Assembly (NCBI GenBank): GCA_035311385.1
Contig: DATGCY010000129.1
Coordinates: forward strand, 566 to 64,565
Direction: 5' to 3'
Length of the DNA: 64,000 bases
Source: Candidatus Methylomirabilota bacterium
GTDB lineage: Bacteria > Methylomirabilota > Methylomirabilia > Rokubacteriales > CSP1-6
The notes under the pieces were generated by a model that was given only the letters and a program-made list of their open reading frames with translations, did no database searches and was not told where the DNA came from. A program made the position numbers and the translations under genes. This document shows, piece by piece, positions 1 through 9,174 of this stretch. How positions within the stretch are numbered: position 1 is the stretch's first letter; every line of letters begins with the position of its first letter.

Positions 1-500
1 ATCGGCGCCTCGAGAGCGGCGACGGGATGCGGGGTATAGCGGGCGAGTGCCCACGCGCGCATGCCTGGCTCGAGATCGGCGAACATGCGCCCCTCCGCGT
101 CCTTGCGGGTAGGGGCGGTGGTCAGCTCGGTCACCTCGTTGGCCGCGGGGCGGCTCACGATGTCGGCGACGCGCTCCATGGGCAGGAGGGCGAGGGCGTC
201 CACGAAGACGAGGCGATCGATGCGGTCCTCCGCGAGCTCCGCCACCTGGCAGATGACCATCCCGCCCGAACTCGTGCCCACCAGCACCACGTGCTCGAGA
301 TCTTCGTAGAAGAGGAGCCGCGCCACTTCGTGGGCGTGCGTGCCCACGGTGATTCCCGGACGGATCTGGTCGTGCCGCTCGCCGCATCCCTCCAGGGTGG
401 GCGCATACACCTCGTGGCCGGCCGCGCGCAGCCGCTGGGCGACCGGCTTCCAGATCCAGCCGCCCTGATACGCCCCATGCACGAGCACGTAGGTCGCCAT
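1..500 (-). CDS. alpha/beta-fold hydrolase (esterase/methylesterase-like), 5' part only; C-terminus runs off the window start
   Basis: Minus-strand ATG at 500-498. Reverse translation gives MATYVLVHGAYQGGWIWKPVAQRLRAAGHEV..VLVGTSSGGMV (nucleophile-elbow GxSxG). Not in the ORF track because no stop lies inside the window. The upstream gene stops 5 nt before this start. Confidence 0.6.
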   Translation of the reverse strand, partial: MATYVLVHGAYQGGWIWKPVAQRLRAAGHEVYAPTLEGCGERHDQIRPGITVGTHAHEVARLLFYEDLEHVVLVGTSSGGMVICQVAELAEDRIDRLVFVDALALLPMERVADIVSRPAANEVTELTTAPTRKDAEGRMFADLEPGMRAWALARYTPHPVAALEAP

Positions 501-504
501 GGAC

Positions 505-1410
505 TCAGGCTCCCCCGCTCACGCGCACCCCGGCCAGCCGCTCGAACACCTTGATCAGCGCGGAGCCGTCCTCCTTGTTGAACCCCGCGGCCCGCGCCAT
601 CTGGTACACCTGCTGGGTCATGTTGGCCAGGAGCACGGGCACCCCGAGCTGCTTGGCAAAGGCCGTCTCCAGCTCCTGGTCCTTGAAGGAGATGTCGATG
701 GTGCCCCCCGGGGCGAAGTCTCGCGCGAGCATCTTGGGCGCCCGCGATTCGAAGGCGAAGCTCGTGCCCGTGCTCACCCGCACCACATCGTAGATGGTCT
801 GGGGATCGAGGCCGGCCTTGACCCCTAGGACGAGCGCTTCCGCCACCGCCACCGTGTTGACTTGCACGAGCATGTTGTTCACGAGCTTCATGGCCAGGCC
901 CTGGCCGAGGGCGCCTACGTGGAAAACGTTCTTGCCCATGGCCTCGAAGAGATCCTTGCAGGCGGCCACCGTCTCGGGCGCCCCGCCCACGATGATGGAC
1001 AGCTCTCCCGAGGCTGCCCGCTCGGTGCCGCCGCTCACCGGCGCGTCGAGCATGGCAATGCCGTGGGCGGCGAGCTCCCCGGCGAGGCGACGCGCCACGA
1101 AGGGATCGATGGTGCTCATGCAGGCTACGATGTGGCCGCGCCGCGCGCTCTTGGCGATGCCGCGCTCGCCCGCGATAACCGCCTCCGCCTGGGCCGTCGT
1201 CTCCACCATGCAGATGGTGCGATCGACGGTGGCGGCCACGCGCTCGGCGGACTCCACCATGGTAGCGCCGCGGGCGCGCCACGAAGCCGTCTTGCCGGGA
1301 TCGATGTCGTGCCCCACCAGCGAGAAGCCGTGCTTGACGAGATTGGCGGCCATGGGTCCGCCCATGGCGCCGAGACCGATGAATCCCACCGTGCCTGACA
1401 TGGCGATCAC
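505..1410 (-). CDS. NAD(P)-binding 3-hydroxyisobutyrate / 2-hydroxy-3-oxopropionate reductase family dehydrogenase
   Basis: 301-aa ORF with an N-terminal GFIGLGAMGGPMAANL Rossmann motif and 6-phosphogluconate-dehydrogenase-like C-domain residues typical of the HIBADH family. Confidence 0.85.
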   Translation of the reverse strand: MIAMSGTVGFIGLGAMGGPMAANLVKHGFSLVGHDIDPGKTASWRARGATMVESAERVAATVDRTICMVETTAQAEAVIAGERGIAKSARRGHIVACMSTIDPFVARRLAGELAAHGIAMLDAPVSGGTERAASGELSIIVGGAPETVAACKDLFEAMGKNVFHVGALGQGLAMKLVNNMLVQVNTVAVAEALVLGVKAGLDPQTIYDVVRVSTGTSFAFESRAPKMLARDFAPGGTIDISFKDQELETAFAKQLGVPVLLANMTQQVYQMARAAGFNKEDGSALIKVFERLAGVRVSGGA

Positions 1411-1477
1411 GCCTCCTTGGTTGAGAGCGACGGGGCCGGAGACACGGCGCTGATCCTGCCAGATCGCCCAGAGACGG

Positions 1478-3169
1478 TCAACGAGGCGGCGCGCCGCGCA
1501 CCACGGCGATCGCGTCGTGCAGCCGCTCGAAGATCCGCTCGTCGCGGATCACGTCCGAGAGATGGTGCCGGGCGAGATCCGATCGTAGCGCGGGGTCCGC
1601 GTGCGCGATGAGAAGCGTGATGCCTCTCGCCGTGAGCTCCTCGACGAGCGGCCGGACCACGCGGGCCGCCGAATAGTCGAGGGAGGTGATGGCCCCCGCG
1701 TCGAGCACCAGCCATCGCACAGGCGACGGCGCATGCCCCACCAAATCCCGGATCTCGGCCGCGAAGTGAGAGGCGTTGGCGTAGAAGAGATCGGCGCCGA
1801 ACTGGAAGATGACGAGGCCCGGCTCGCTCTGCGCCCCCGGCACCGCGGGAATGGGCCGCCAATGCCCATCCTGCTCGACGAGAACCGCGGTGTGCGGCTG
1901 ATAGCTGTGGCGCACGTGATGGAGAAGCGACAGCGCCATGGCCAGCACGATACCCGCGCCCACGCCGACCGCGACCACCACGCCGGCGGTGATCGTGGCG
2001 AGGGCGAACTCGGCAGGGCTCTCGCGCCGGATGTCGAGGAGTCCGCGCAGGTCGACCAGGCCGATGGCGATGGTGAACACGATGGCTCCCAGCACGCAGC
2101 GCGGCAGGTACTGGAGCGGGCCGGTCAGGAAGAGGAGGACGAGGGCGACCGTGCCCGCCGTGACGAGATGCGCGAGCTGGCTTCCCCCGCCCGAGCGCTC
2201 CACCATCGCCGTCTGGGTCGGGCTGCCATTGACCACGAAGGTGCCGCTCACCGCGGCGGCCAGGTTGGCGGCGGCCAGTCCCGACAGGTCGGTGTTCTCG
2301 TCGAACTGATCGCGATGCCGGAGGGCGTAGGCGCGCGCGGTGGCCGCGCTCTGCGCCACGATCATCACGAAGCACGAGAAGGCCACGGGCAGGATCGAGA
2401 GGAGCTCGTCCCAGCTCGCCTCGGGCACGTGGAGCCTCGGAAGTCCGCCCTCCACCGGCCCCAGCACGGTCACTCCCTGCCCCGCGAAGTCGAAGGCCGT
2501 GCTGGCCGCCACCGCTCCCACCACGGCAATGAGCGGGCCGGGAAGCCGCGGCGCCAGGCGGCGAGAGAGGAGGATCACCGTCACCACCGCTGCTGAGATG
2601 ACGATGGTGAGACCGTGCGCGCTCGCGAGATTGCGCAACACCTCGGCGAGCTGCGAGAGCGTGCTTCGCGCGTCGACGGCGATGCCGAGCATCTCGCCCA
2701 GAACGGCGATGCCCACCTGAAAGCCCACGCCAGTGAGGAATCCCACTAGCACGGTCTGCGAGAGGAAGTCCGCGATGAAGCCGAGCTTCAGGATCCGCGC
2801 GAGGAGAAGGAACACCGCGGCGAGCAGCGCGACCATGCCGGCCAGCTTCATGTAGTGGGCGCTTGCCGCATGCGCGAGAGGCTCGAGGCCGCCAGCGAGG
2901 ATGGCGGCGGTGGCGGAGTCCGCGGCGACCACGAGATAGCGCGAGGAGCCGAGGGCGGCGAAGGCGACCACGGGGAGGAGGAGCGTGTAGAGGCCCGTCA
3001 CCACCGGCGTGCCCGCGATCTTCGTGTAGCCGAGCGACTGCGGAATGTTCATGGCGGCCAGGGTGAAGCCGGCGAGCACGTCGCGCAGGGCGGCTTGATG
3101 CCCCACCGGCCGCGCGCTCCGGAAGAGCCAAGCCCCGCTCGTGTGCTGCGGCAGCCGTCCCGAGCTCAC
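1478..3169 (-). CDS. SulP-family sulfate/anion permease with C-terminal STAS domain
   Basis: 563 aa, multi-TM. The N-terminal FTLAAMNIPQSLGYTKIAG is the SulP signature region. The C-terminal ~120 aa look like a STAS domain. Confidence 0.85.
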   Translation of the reverse strand: MSSGRLPQHTSGAWLFRSARPVGHQAALRDVLAGFTLAAMNIPQSLGYTKIAGTPVVTGLYTLLLPVVAFAALGSSRYLVVAADSATAAILAGGLEPLAHAASAHYMKLAGMVALLAAVFLLLARILKLGFIADFLSQTVLVGFLTGVGFQVGIAVLGEMLGIAVDARSTLSQLAEVLRNLASAHGLTIVISAAVVTVILLSRRLAPRLPGPLIAVVGAVAASTAFDFAGQGVTVLGPVEGGLPRLHVPEASWDELLSILPVAFSCFVMIVAQSAATARAYALRHRDQFDENTDLSGLAAANLAAAVSGTFVVNGSPTQTAMVERSGGGSQLAHLVTAGTVALVLLFLTGPLQYLPRCVLGAIVFTIAIGLVDLRGLLDIRRESPAEFALATITAGVVVAVGVGAGIVLAMALSLLHHVRHSYQPHTAVLVEQDGHWRPIPAVPGAQSEPGLVIFQFGADLFYANASHFAAEIRDLVGHAPSPVRWLVLDAGAITSLDYSAARVVRPLVEELTARGITLLIAHADPALRSDLARHHLSDVIRDERIFERLHDAIAVVRGAPPR

Positions 3170-3244
3170 GGCTTTAAGTGGCGCGGCTCCCCGGGCTCGC
3201 GGGCGAGGGATCGGAAGCGGAGCGGAGCGAGACGGGACGGCCGC

Positions 3245-3607
3245 TCACGGCGGGCCGAGGAAGAGCGCCGGCCCCCAGGCTTCGAGCACCGCGGCGTCGG
3301 CCCGGAAGAAGTGGAAGCCCGCCTCACCCGCGAAGAAGTGATCCAGATCAGTGTCGCCGATGTGGAAGTAGGCCTCGGCGCGGAACTCGGACTTCACGTC
3401 GGCGAGGCGGTGCTTGAGCACGGTGAAGTCCGCCGCGATCTCGAGCCGCTTCCAGAGCTGCCGCTGATACGACACGGGCCGGTCCGAGCAGCTCCCGATG
3501 AGATAGCCGAGCTGCTTGCACTGCCGCAGCATCTCCACTCTGATCAGTCCGGGTGGGTCGCCCACTTCCAGCGTGCCGTCGATGTCGAAGCTGATCAGGG
3601 GGGGCAC
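3245..3607 (-). CDS. small HAD-superfamily hydrolase-like protein (start uncertain)
   Basis: Conserved HAD motif I (LISFDIDGTLE) sits right after a GTG at 3607; the rest of the track ORF upstream is Arg-rich junk. About 120 aa, short for a HAD enzyme. Confidence 0.4.
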   Translation of the reverse strand: MPPLISFDIDGTLEVGDPPGLIRVEMLRQCKQLGYLIGSCSDRPVSYQRQLWKRLEIAADFTVLKHRLADVKSEFRAEAYFHIGDTDLDHFFAGEAGFHFFRADAAVLEAWGPALFLGPP

Positions 3608-3630
3608 GGAGCGGACGGTCTCGAGACCCG

Positions 3631-4002
3631 CTACGCCTCGGACAGCGGCACGATGGCGTAGAAGCGCGGCTCGGATCCCACGACGCGCGTGATGTGCCCC
3701 TGCCCCGTGAGGTCCTCGGCAAGGACGATGTCGCCCGGGCCGATCCGGGCTACGGTGCCGTCGCCCACTTCGATCTCCGCATGACCGGAGAGAGAGATCG
3801 AGTATTGACGCCGGGGCGCGCAGTGCCAGTCGAGCACGTAACCCGGAGGGGAGATACGAAAGGCGATGCTCGTGGCCCGCTGCACTGCGGTCCCTTGCCC
3901 GTGGGCGCCCTCCGTGTCGACGAAGGGTTTCATGTCGAGCCGCAGCTCGGCGATCTTCGACTGGCCACTCGGGTCGCTGTACACGCGCCACGCCTTCGCC
4001 AT
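3631..4002 (-). CDS. cupin-domain protein
   Basis: 123 aa with a two-His cupin-like core (HCAPRRQYSISLSGHAEIEV..GDIVL). Compact beta-rich composition. Confidence 0.65.
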   Translation of the reverse strand: MAKAWRVYSDPSGQSKIAELRLDMKPFVDTEGAHGQGTAVQRATSIAFRISPPGYVLDWHCAPRRQYSISLSGHAEIEVGDGTVARIGPGDIVLAEDLTGQGHITRVVGSEPRFYAIVPLSEA

Positions 4003-4216
4003 TGCGTGACAGCCTACGTCAAAGGGTTGGCGGGAGACAAGGGCTGGGCTGAATCATGTCGGAGGGGACGCGGGTGTCGGACCTCTGGACAGTCCAGTGG
4101 GGAGCGCTCCGGAGGCGTCCCCCATGTGGCGAACAAGACAGCGCTGCCTGCAATGGCACAGACACTGCACAGGTGCGCCCGGGCTGTCGCATTCGTAAAC
4201 TGGGGGGGAAACAGCC

Positions 4217-4654
4217 ATCAAGCACGCCCTGATCGCGTCGATCCTCATTGCCGTCTCCGTCTCGACGGCGACCGCCGGACCGGGTGACTTCAACGTCACC
4301 ATCGGGGGGATCACGAGGCCCCAGCAGGGCAACGGCGTTGTCATCCCATCGCAGAACCGTCAGATCGACAAGCCCCAGATTGGCGGCTTGTCCGTTCCGG
4401 ACACATCGGGCTCGAACCGGCGCACCGATATTCCCGCGGCGGGCGGCAGCTCCCTATCCCTTGATACGAAGAATTCCCTCGGCTGGAGCACGCTGTCGTC
4501 GGGAAGCACCGGTCTCGGCGGAGCCTTCTCCGGGGGCGGCACGGTGGGCCAGCCCTCCAGCCAGTTCTGCTCGACCAACGAGGTCACGGTCGGCGAGGCG
4601 ACGCAGGGGCGCACCCACTGCTCGAACACCGTCAACGGCACCCTGAAGCAGTAG
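4217..4654 (+). CDS. small secreted Gly/Ser/Thr-rich protein; only non-canonical start candidates (ATC 4217 or CTG 4229)
   Basis: Frame opens after TAA at 4196-4198. GGGGGGGAA sits 8 nt before ATC. Encoded N-terminus KHALIASILIAVSVSTATA/GPGD is a classic signal peptide with an AxA cleavage site. There is no ATG or GTG before the TTG at 4388, which would delete the signal peptide. Confidence 0.3.
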   Translation: MKHALIASILIAVSVSTATAGPGDFNVTIGGITRPQQGNGVVIPSQNRQIDKPQIGGLSVPDTSGSNRRTDIPAAGGSSLSLDTKNSLGWSTLSSGSTGLGGAFSGGGTVGQPSSQFCSTNEVTVGEATQGRTHCSNTVNGTLKQ

Positions 4655-4663
4655 CCCCGCCCC

Positions 4664-4927
4664 TTAGAACTCGATCGCGATCCGCATGCCGAGCACGACG
4701 GCATTGCCGACACTCGACACGCCGCTGGGATTAATAACGTACTGCACGTCGGGCTGGATGGTCAGACGGCGCCCGAGCGCGATGGCGTAGGTCCACTCCA
4801 ACACCAGCTCGTAGGTGAGCCCGCATGCCCGGACGTTACCGGTAGGCGTCTGGGCCTGGCCGCAGGCGCCGGAAGACATTGCCGCGAGACTGACGGATCG
4901 ATGTCGGATGGTCAACTTTCTCCGCAT
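4664..4927 (-). pseudogene. orphan C-terminal remnant of an OprB-family carbohydrate-selective porin
   Basis: The 88-codon ORF ends ..LTIQPDVQYVINPSGVSSVGNAVVLGMRIAIEF*, which matches the terminal beta-strands and C-terminal Phe of OprB porins. No upstream porin body is present: the in-frame extension is low-complexity and overlaps the PrpD start. Confidence 0.45.
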
Positions 4928-5004
4928 CGACTCCCATCGAACCGCGTGATATTCTTGCCCGGCTTTCACGCGTTCCGCGCCTCGATCCTGACAGGAGAGC
5001 ACAC

Positions 5005-6384
5005 GTGTGTCCCTCGGTTGCCCGGCGCTATGCCCGCTTCGCGCTCGATCTGGCGCTTCCCGATATCCCTTCGCCGGTGGTCGAGCGAGCGAGCCTGCTG
5101 GTGCTCGACACGCTAGGGAGCTGCCTCGCGTCGTCTCGGGAGGAGTTCGGCCGCGCCGTCCTGGAGGCGGCCGAGCGCCTCGGTGGACAGCCGGAGAGCA
5201 CACTGATGGGCACCAAGTCCAGGGCGGGAGCGGCCAGCGCTGTGCTGGCCAACGGCACGCTCGCTCACGGCCTCGACTTCGACGACACGCGGGAGGACGC
5301 CATCGTGCACACGGGCTGCCTCGCCGTCACCACCGCGCTTGCCGTCGGGGAGGCGGTGGGCGCCTCGGGACAGGCCGCGCTCGAGGCAACCATCGCGGGC
5401 GTGGAAGTCATGTGCAGGATCGGCCTCGCCGTGCCCGGCCGCTTCCACGCGCGCCACTATCATCCCACCTCGCTCACCGCGAGCTTCGCCGCCGCCGCGG
5501 TGGCGGGTCGGCTCTACGGTCTCAGCGAGGATCAGCTCGTCCACGCCTTCGGTATCTGCGGCAGCCAGGCGGGAGGCATCATCGAGTACCTCGCCGACGG
5601 ATCCTGGACGAAGCGTCTGCATCCCGGATGGGCCGGTCACGCGGGCGTGGCCGCGACGCTCCTCGCCCGCGCCGGCTTCACGGGGCCGGAGACGGTTTTC
5701 GAAGGGACGCACGGCTTCTATCAGGCCTTTGCCGGGGTCTACCCCGAGGCGGCCGTCGAGGCCCTGCTCGCCACCCTGGGAGAGAAATGGGAGCTGAGCG
5801 AGCTCACCTTCAAGCCGTATCCCTGTGGCTCCATCGCCCAGCCCTACATGGACTGCGCACTGAGGCTCCGCAACGCGCAGGGGATCGGGCCCGAGGACAT
5901 CGCCGGCGTGACGTGTCGCACCGCGGAGGGGCCGGTGCCGCGCCTCTGGGAGCCTCTCGCCGACAAGCATCGTCCCGCCAACGGGTACGCAGCCAAGTTC
6001 AGCCTCCCCTATCTCCTCGCCGTGATGTTCGTGAAGGGGCGCGCCTCCCTCGCGGAGTTCACCGACGAGGCGGCCCGGGATCCACGCGTGCTCGCGGTGG
6101 CGCGCACCATCAGCTACGAGGTCGACCCCACCATCGACTATCCGCGTCAGTTCGTGGGACGCGTGGCGGTGCATCTCCGCGACGGACGCGTCCTCGAGGA
6201 ACGCCAGGACCGGCCCCGAGGCGGACCCGACCTTCCCATGTCGCGCGAGGAGATCGAGAGCAAGTTCCGTGGCAACGCCTCGCTGGCCGCGCCCGACGCG
6301 CAGGCGCGCACGGTGATCCGCCTCGCGCGAGACCTGGCGGGCCAGCCAGACCTGAACGCTCTGATGCGCGCCCTGGCCGCGTAG
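5005..6384 (+). CDS. MmgE/PrpD-family protein (2-methylcitrate dehydratase / cis-aconitate decarboxylase superfamily)
   Basis: 459 aa with full-length similarity to the family, starting with the characteristic RFALDLALPDIP..LLVLDTLGSCLAS N-terminus. AGGAGAG SD 5 nt before GTG 5005. Confidence 0.85.
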   Translation: MCPSVARRYARFALDLALPDIPSPVVERASLLVLDTLGSCLASSREEFGRAVLEAAERLGGQPESTLMGTKSRAGAASAVLANGTLAHGLDFDDTREDAIVHTGCLAVTTALAVGEAVGASGQAALEATIAGVEVMCRIGLAVPGRFHARHYHPTSLTASFAAAAVAGRLYGLSEDQLVHAFGICGSQAGGIIEYLADGSWTKRLHPGWAGHAGVAATLLARAGFTGPETVFEGTHGFYQAFAGVYPEAAVEALLATLGEKWELSELTFKPYPCGSIAQPYMDCALRLRNAQGIGPEDIAGVTCRTAEGPVPRLWEPLADKHRPANGYAAKFSLPYLLAVMFVKGRASLAEFTDEAARDPRVLAVARTISYEVDPTIDYPRQFVGRVAVHLRDGRVLEERQDRPRGGPDLPMSREEIESKFRGNASLAAPDAQARTVIRLARDLAGQPDLNALMRALAA

Positions 6385-6394
6385 AGGGAGATCC

Positions 6395-7417
6395 ATGACT
6401 CGTTGCCGCGCCGTCGCTCTGGTGCTCATCCTCGCGGGATTCTTCGCCGGCCGGCCCGGGCTCGCGCAGGACACGCGGGTGGAGGCGGCCCGGAAGGAAG
6501 GCAAGGTCGTCTGGTACACCTCCCTTGCCCTGTCCAGCGCGGAGAAAATTGCCAAGCTCTTCGAGGCCGAGTATCCCGGCATCAAGGTCGAGGTGCAGCG
6601 CACCGGCTCGCAGCGCATCCTGCAGCGCGTAATGCAGGAGCTCCAGGCCAACATCAAGAACGTGGACGTGATCCACACTTCGGATGCCGGCCACTACGTC
6701 CTTCTCAAGGACAAGAAGCTCCTCATGAAGTACACGCCGGCAGGCGTGGAGCGGTTCCCCGTCTCTTTCAAGGACAAGGACGGCTATCACTACGGGCTGC
6801 GGGCCACCGTCAACGTGATCGCCTACAACACCAAAGCCGTGTCGGCGAGCGACGCGCCCAAGACTTGGAAGGATCTCCTCGATCCGCGCTGGAAGGGCAA
6901 GCTCGTTACCGCGCATCCGGGCTACAGCGGCGTCACCGCCACCCACGTGCTCGCCCTCGTGAATCTCTACGGCTGGGACTACTTCAAGCAGCTCGCGCAG
7001 AACCGGCCCATGCTCGTGCAATCGGCGGTGGATCCCTCCACCGTGGTCGCTTCGGGGGAACGCGCGGTGGCCGCCAACGGCGGCGACTACACCTTCTACC
7101 AGATGAAGAAGAAGGGGAATCCCGTGGCGATCGTCTTCCCCAAGGAGGGCGTGCCCCTCGTGGTGTCGCCCACCGCCATCACGGCCTTCGCGCCCCATCC
7201 GAATGCGGCCAAGCTCTTCACCGACTTCATCTTCAGCCGTCCCATTCAGCAGGTCCTCGCGGACAGCGAAGGCCTCTACACCGGCCATCCCGACGTGTCC
7301 TATCCCGCCGACCAGCCCAAGCTTTCCGAGCTCAAGCTGCTGCAGGTCGACGCCGAGGAGCTGGAGAAGCGCAACGAGGAGATCAAGACGCGCTTCGTCG
7401 AGTTCTTCGGGGCCTGA
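6395..7417 (+). CDS. ABC transporter periplasmic substrate-binding protein (Fe3+/tricarboxylate-type SBP family 1)
   Basis: 340 aa. Signal peptide MTRCRAVALVLILAGFFAGRPGLAQD. Two-lobe SBP pattern. GAGGGAG SD. Starts 11 nt after the PrpD stop. Confidence 0.85.
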   Translation: MTRCRAVALVLILAGFFAGRPGLAQDTRVEAARKEGKVVWYTSLALSSAEKIAKLFEAEYPGIKVEVQRTGSQRILQRVMQELQANIKNVDVIHTSDAGHYVLLKDKKLLMKYTPAGVERFPVSFKDKDGYHYGLRATVNVIAYNTKAVSASDAPKTWKDLLDPRWKGKLVTAHPGYSGVTATHVLALVNLYGWDYFKQLAQNRPMLVQSAVDPSTVVASGERAVAANGGDYTFYQMKKKGNPVAIVFPKEGVPLVVSPTAITAFAPHPNAAKLFTDFIFSRPIQQVLADSEGLYTGHPDVSYPADQPKLSELKLLQVDAEELEKRNEEIKTRFVEFFGA

Positions 7418-7427
7418 TTCCGCCACG

Positions 7428-9170
7428 GTGAGCCGGGAGACGGGCGCCGCCTCCACGCCGATCCTGATTCGCCATCGCCCGGCCTGGCGGGAGCGGATCG
7501 ACCGCTCGGCGCCGGTCTGGGTTCTGGCCGCCGCCGCCCTCGTCCTCCTGATCCTCCTACCCCTGGCCTGGCTTGGCTACATGAGCGTGCAGGGCGAGGG
7601 CGGATTCACCCTCGCGCAGTATGCCCGCGTGTTCGCGGACCCGCGCCTCCAGCGGGCCCTCTGGAACACCGTGGTGCTCGCCCTCTGGTCCGGCGTCATA
7701 GCGGTGGCCATCGGCGCGCCCATGGCGTGGCTCACCGCGCGCACGGATCTTCCGTGGTCGCGCGCGATCCGGAGCCTCGTCATGGCGTCCTTCGTGACCC
7801 CGCCCTTCCTGGGCGCCTTCGCGTGGGTCATGCTCGCCGGCCCCAACGCGGGCTACCTCAACAAGCTCTACCGGAGCCTCACAGGGGCCGAGGAGCCGCT
7901 TTTCAACATCTTCACCATGACGGGGCTGATCTTCGTGGTCGCCCTCTACACCTTCCCGTACGTGTACATCATGATCGCCAATACCCTCGGCCTGATCGCC
8001 TCCGATCTCGAGGAAGCTGCGGCCATCCTGGGCGCCCATCGCCTGCAGGTGGCGCTCACCGTGACCCTGCCCATGGTGCTGCCTGCCATCCTGAGCGGAT
8101 TCATCCTCGCCGTGCTGCAGGCCTTGGCGCTGTTTGGCTCTCCCGCCATCCTCGCTTTGCCCGCGGGCTTCCACACCATCACCACCCAGGTGTGGGCCCT
8201 CTTCCAGTACCCCCCGAAGATCGAGATGGCGGCGGCCTGCTCGGTGCCCCTCCTTCTCTCCACCGCGCTCCTCCTTCTCGTGCAGAAGAAGCTACTCGGC
8301 CGGCGCGGCTATGCCTCGGTGGGAGGCAAGGGCGGCCAGCGCCGGGTCATCCCGCTCGGCGCCTGGCGCTATCCCGCGCTGGCGGGCTGCCTCGCCGTCC
8401 TGGCCTGCGCGGTGTTCCTCCCCTACAGCGTGCTCGCCCGCGCCGCCTTCTCGCGCGCGTGGGCAGAACCGCTCAGCTGGGAGAACTTCACCCTCGCCAA
8501 CTGGTCCTTCACCTTCCTCTACAGCGCGACCCAGAGCGCCATCGTCAACACCCTCGAGCTGGGCGTGCTCACCGCCTGCGTAGGCGCGGCGCTGGCCGCC
8601 CTCCTCGCCTACATCACCACCCGCAAGCTCGTGGTCGGCCACCAGGTTTTGGCCTTTCTCACCCTCGCTCCCGTGGTCATCCCGGGCATCGTGCTCGCCG
8701 TCGCCCTCTTCATCGCCTACACGCGCCCGCCCTTCCTCCTCTATGGGACGCTCTGGATCCTGTTCATCGCCTATCTCACCAAGGAGATGCCCGTCGGCTA
8801 CTCGCAGTCCGACGCGACCTTCCGCGGCATTCACCCGGAGTTGGAGGAGGCCGGGCGAATCCTGGGCGCCGGACGGCTCCGCGTGCTCGGCGAGATCACC
8901 GCGCCCTTGGCGAAGAGCGGCATCATCGCCACGTGGTGCTTCATCTTCATCGGGGTCATCCGCGAGCTGTCCGCGTCCATCATCCTCTTCACCCCCAGCA
9001 CCAAGGTCATGTCCGTCGTCATCTTCGATCTCAAGGAGGAGGGGCAGTTCGGAGCCATCGCCGTGCTCGGCCTCTTCATGCTGCTCATGACCTTCGTGGT
9101 GGTCGCCCTTATGCAGTCTCTCCTCGGCCGTGACGTGATGGGCGCGCGCTCGTCGAGCTCGGCGGGCTAA
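7428..9170 (+). CDS. ABC transporter permease, fused two-domain (FbpB/PotB-PotC-like)
   Basis: GTG 7428 is in frame 11 nt after the SBP stop. About 580 aa, about 12 TM segments, two EAA-like loops (e.g. EEAAAILGA, LEEAGRILGA). The N-terminal extension in the track is a frame artefact. Confidence 0.8.
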   Translation: MSRETGAASTPILIRHRPAWRERIDRSAPVWVLAAAALVLLILLPLAWLGYMSVQGEGGFTLAQYARVFADPRLQRALWNTVVLALWSGVIAVAIGAPMAWLTARTDLPWSRAIRSLVMASFVTPPFLGAFAWVMLAGPNAGYLNKLYRSLTGAEEPLFNIFTMTGLIFVVALYTFPYVYIMIANTLGLIASDLEEAAAILGAHRLQVALTVTLPMVLPAILSGFILAVLQALALFGSPAILALPAGFHTITTQVWALFQYPPKIEMAAACSVPLLLSTALLLLVQKKLLGRRGYASVGGKGGQRRVIPLGAWRYPALAGCLAVLACAVFLPYSVLARAAFSRAWAEPLSWENFTLANWSFTFLYSATQSAIVNTLELGVLTACVGAALAALLAYITTRKLVVGHQVLAFLTLAPVVIPGIVLAVALFIAYTRPPFLLYGTLWILFIAYLTKEMPVGYSQSDATFRGIHPELEEAGRILGAGRLRVLGEITAPLAKSGIIATWCFIFIGVIRELSASIILFTPSTKVMSVVIFDLKEEGQFGAIAVLGLFMLLMTFVVVALMQSLLGRDVMGARSSSSAG

Positions 9171-9174
9171 CCGC

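Noticed and set aside
155-1282. 375-aa minus-strand ORF overlapping the HIBADH-like gene
   Set aside because: Arg/Gly/His-rich low-complexity product in an alternate frame of a well-supported gene; typical high-GC frame artefact.
1407-3131. 574-aa minus-strand ORF and 1601..2596 plus-strand ORF across the SulP gene
   Set aside because: Alternate-frame or antisense readings of the SulP permease gene; products are Arg/Pro/Gly-rich with no motifs.
5007-6678. 463-aa (+) and 521-aa (-) ORFs overlapping the MmgE/PrpD gene
   Set aside because: Shifted-frame or antisense artefacts; the PrpD frame has the family signatures.
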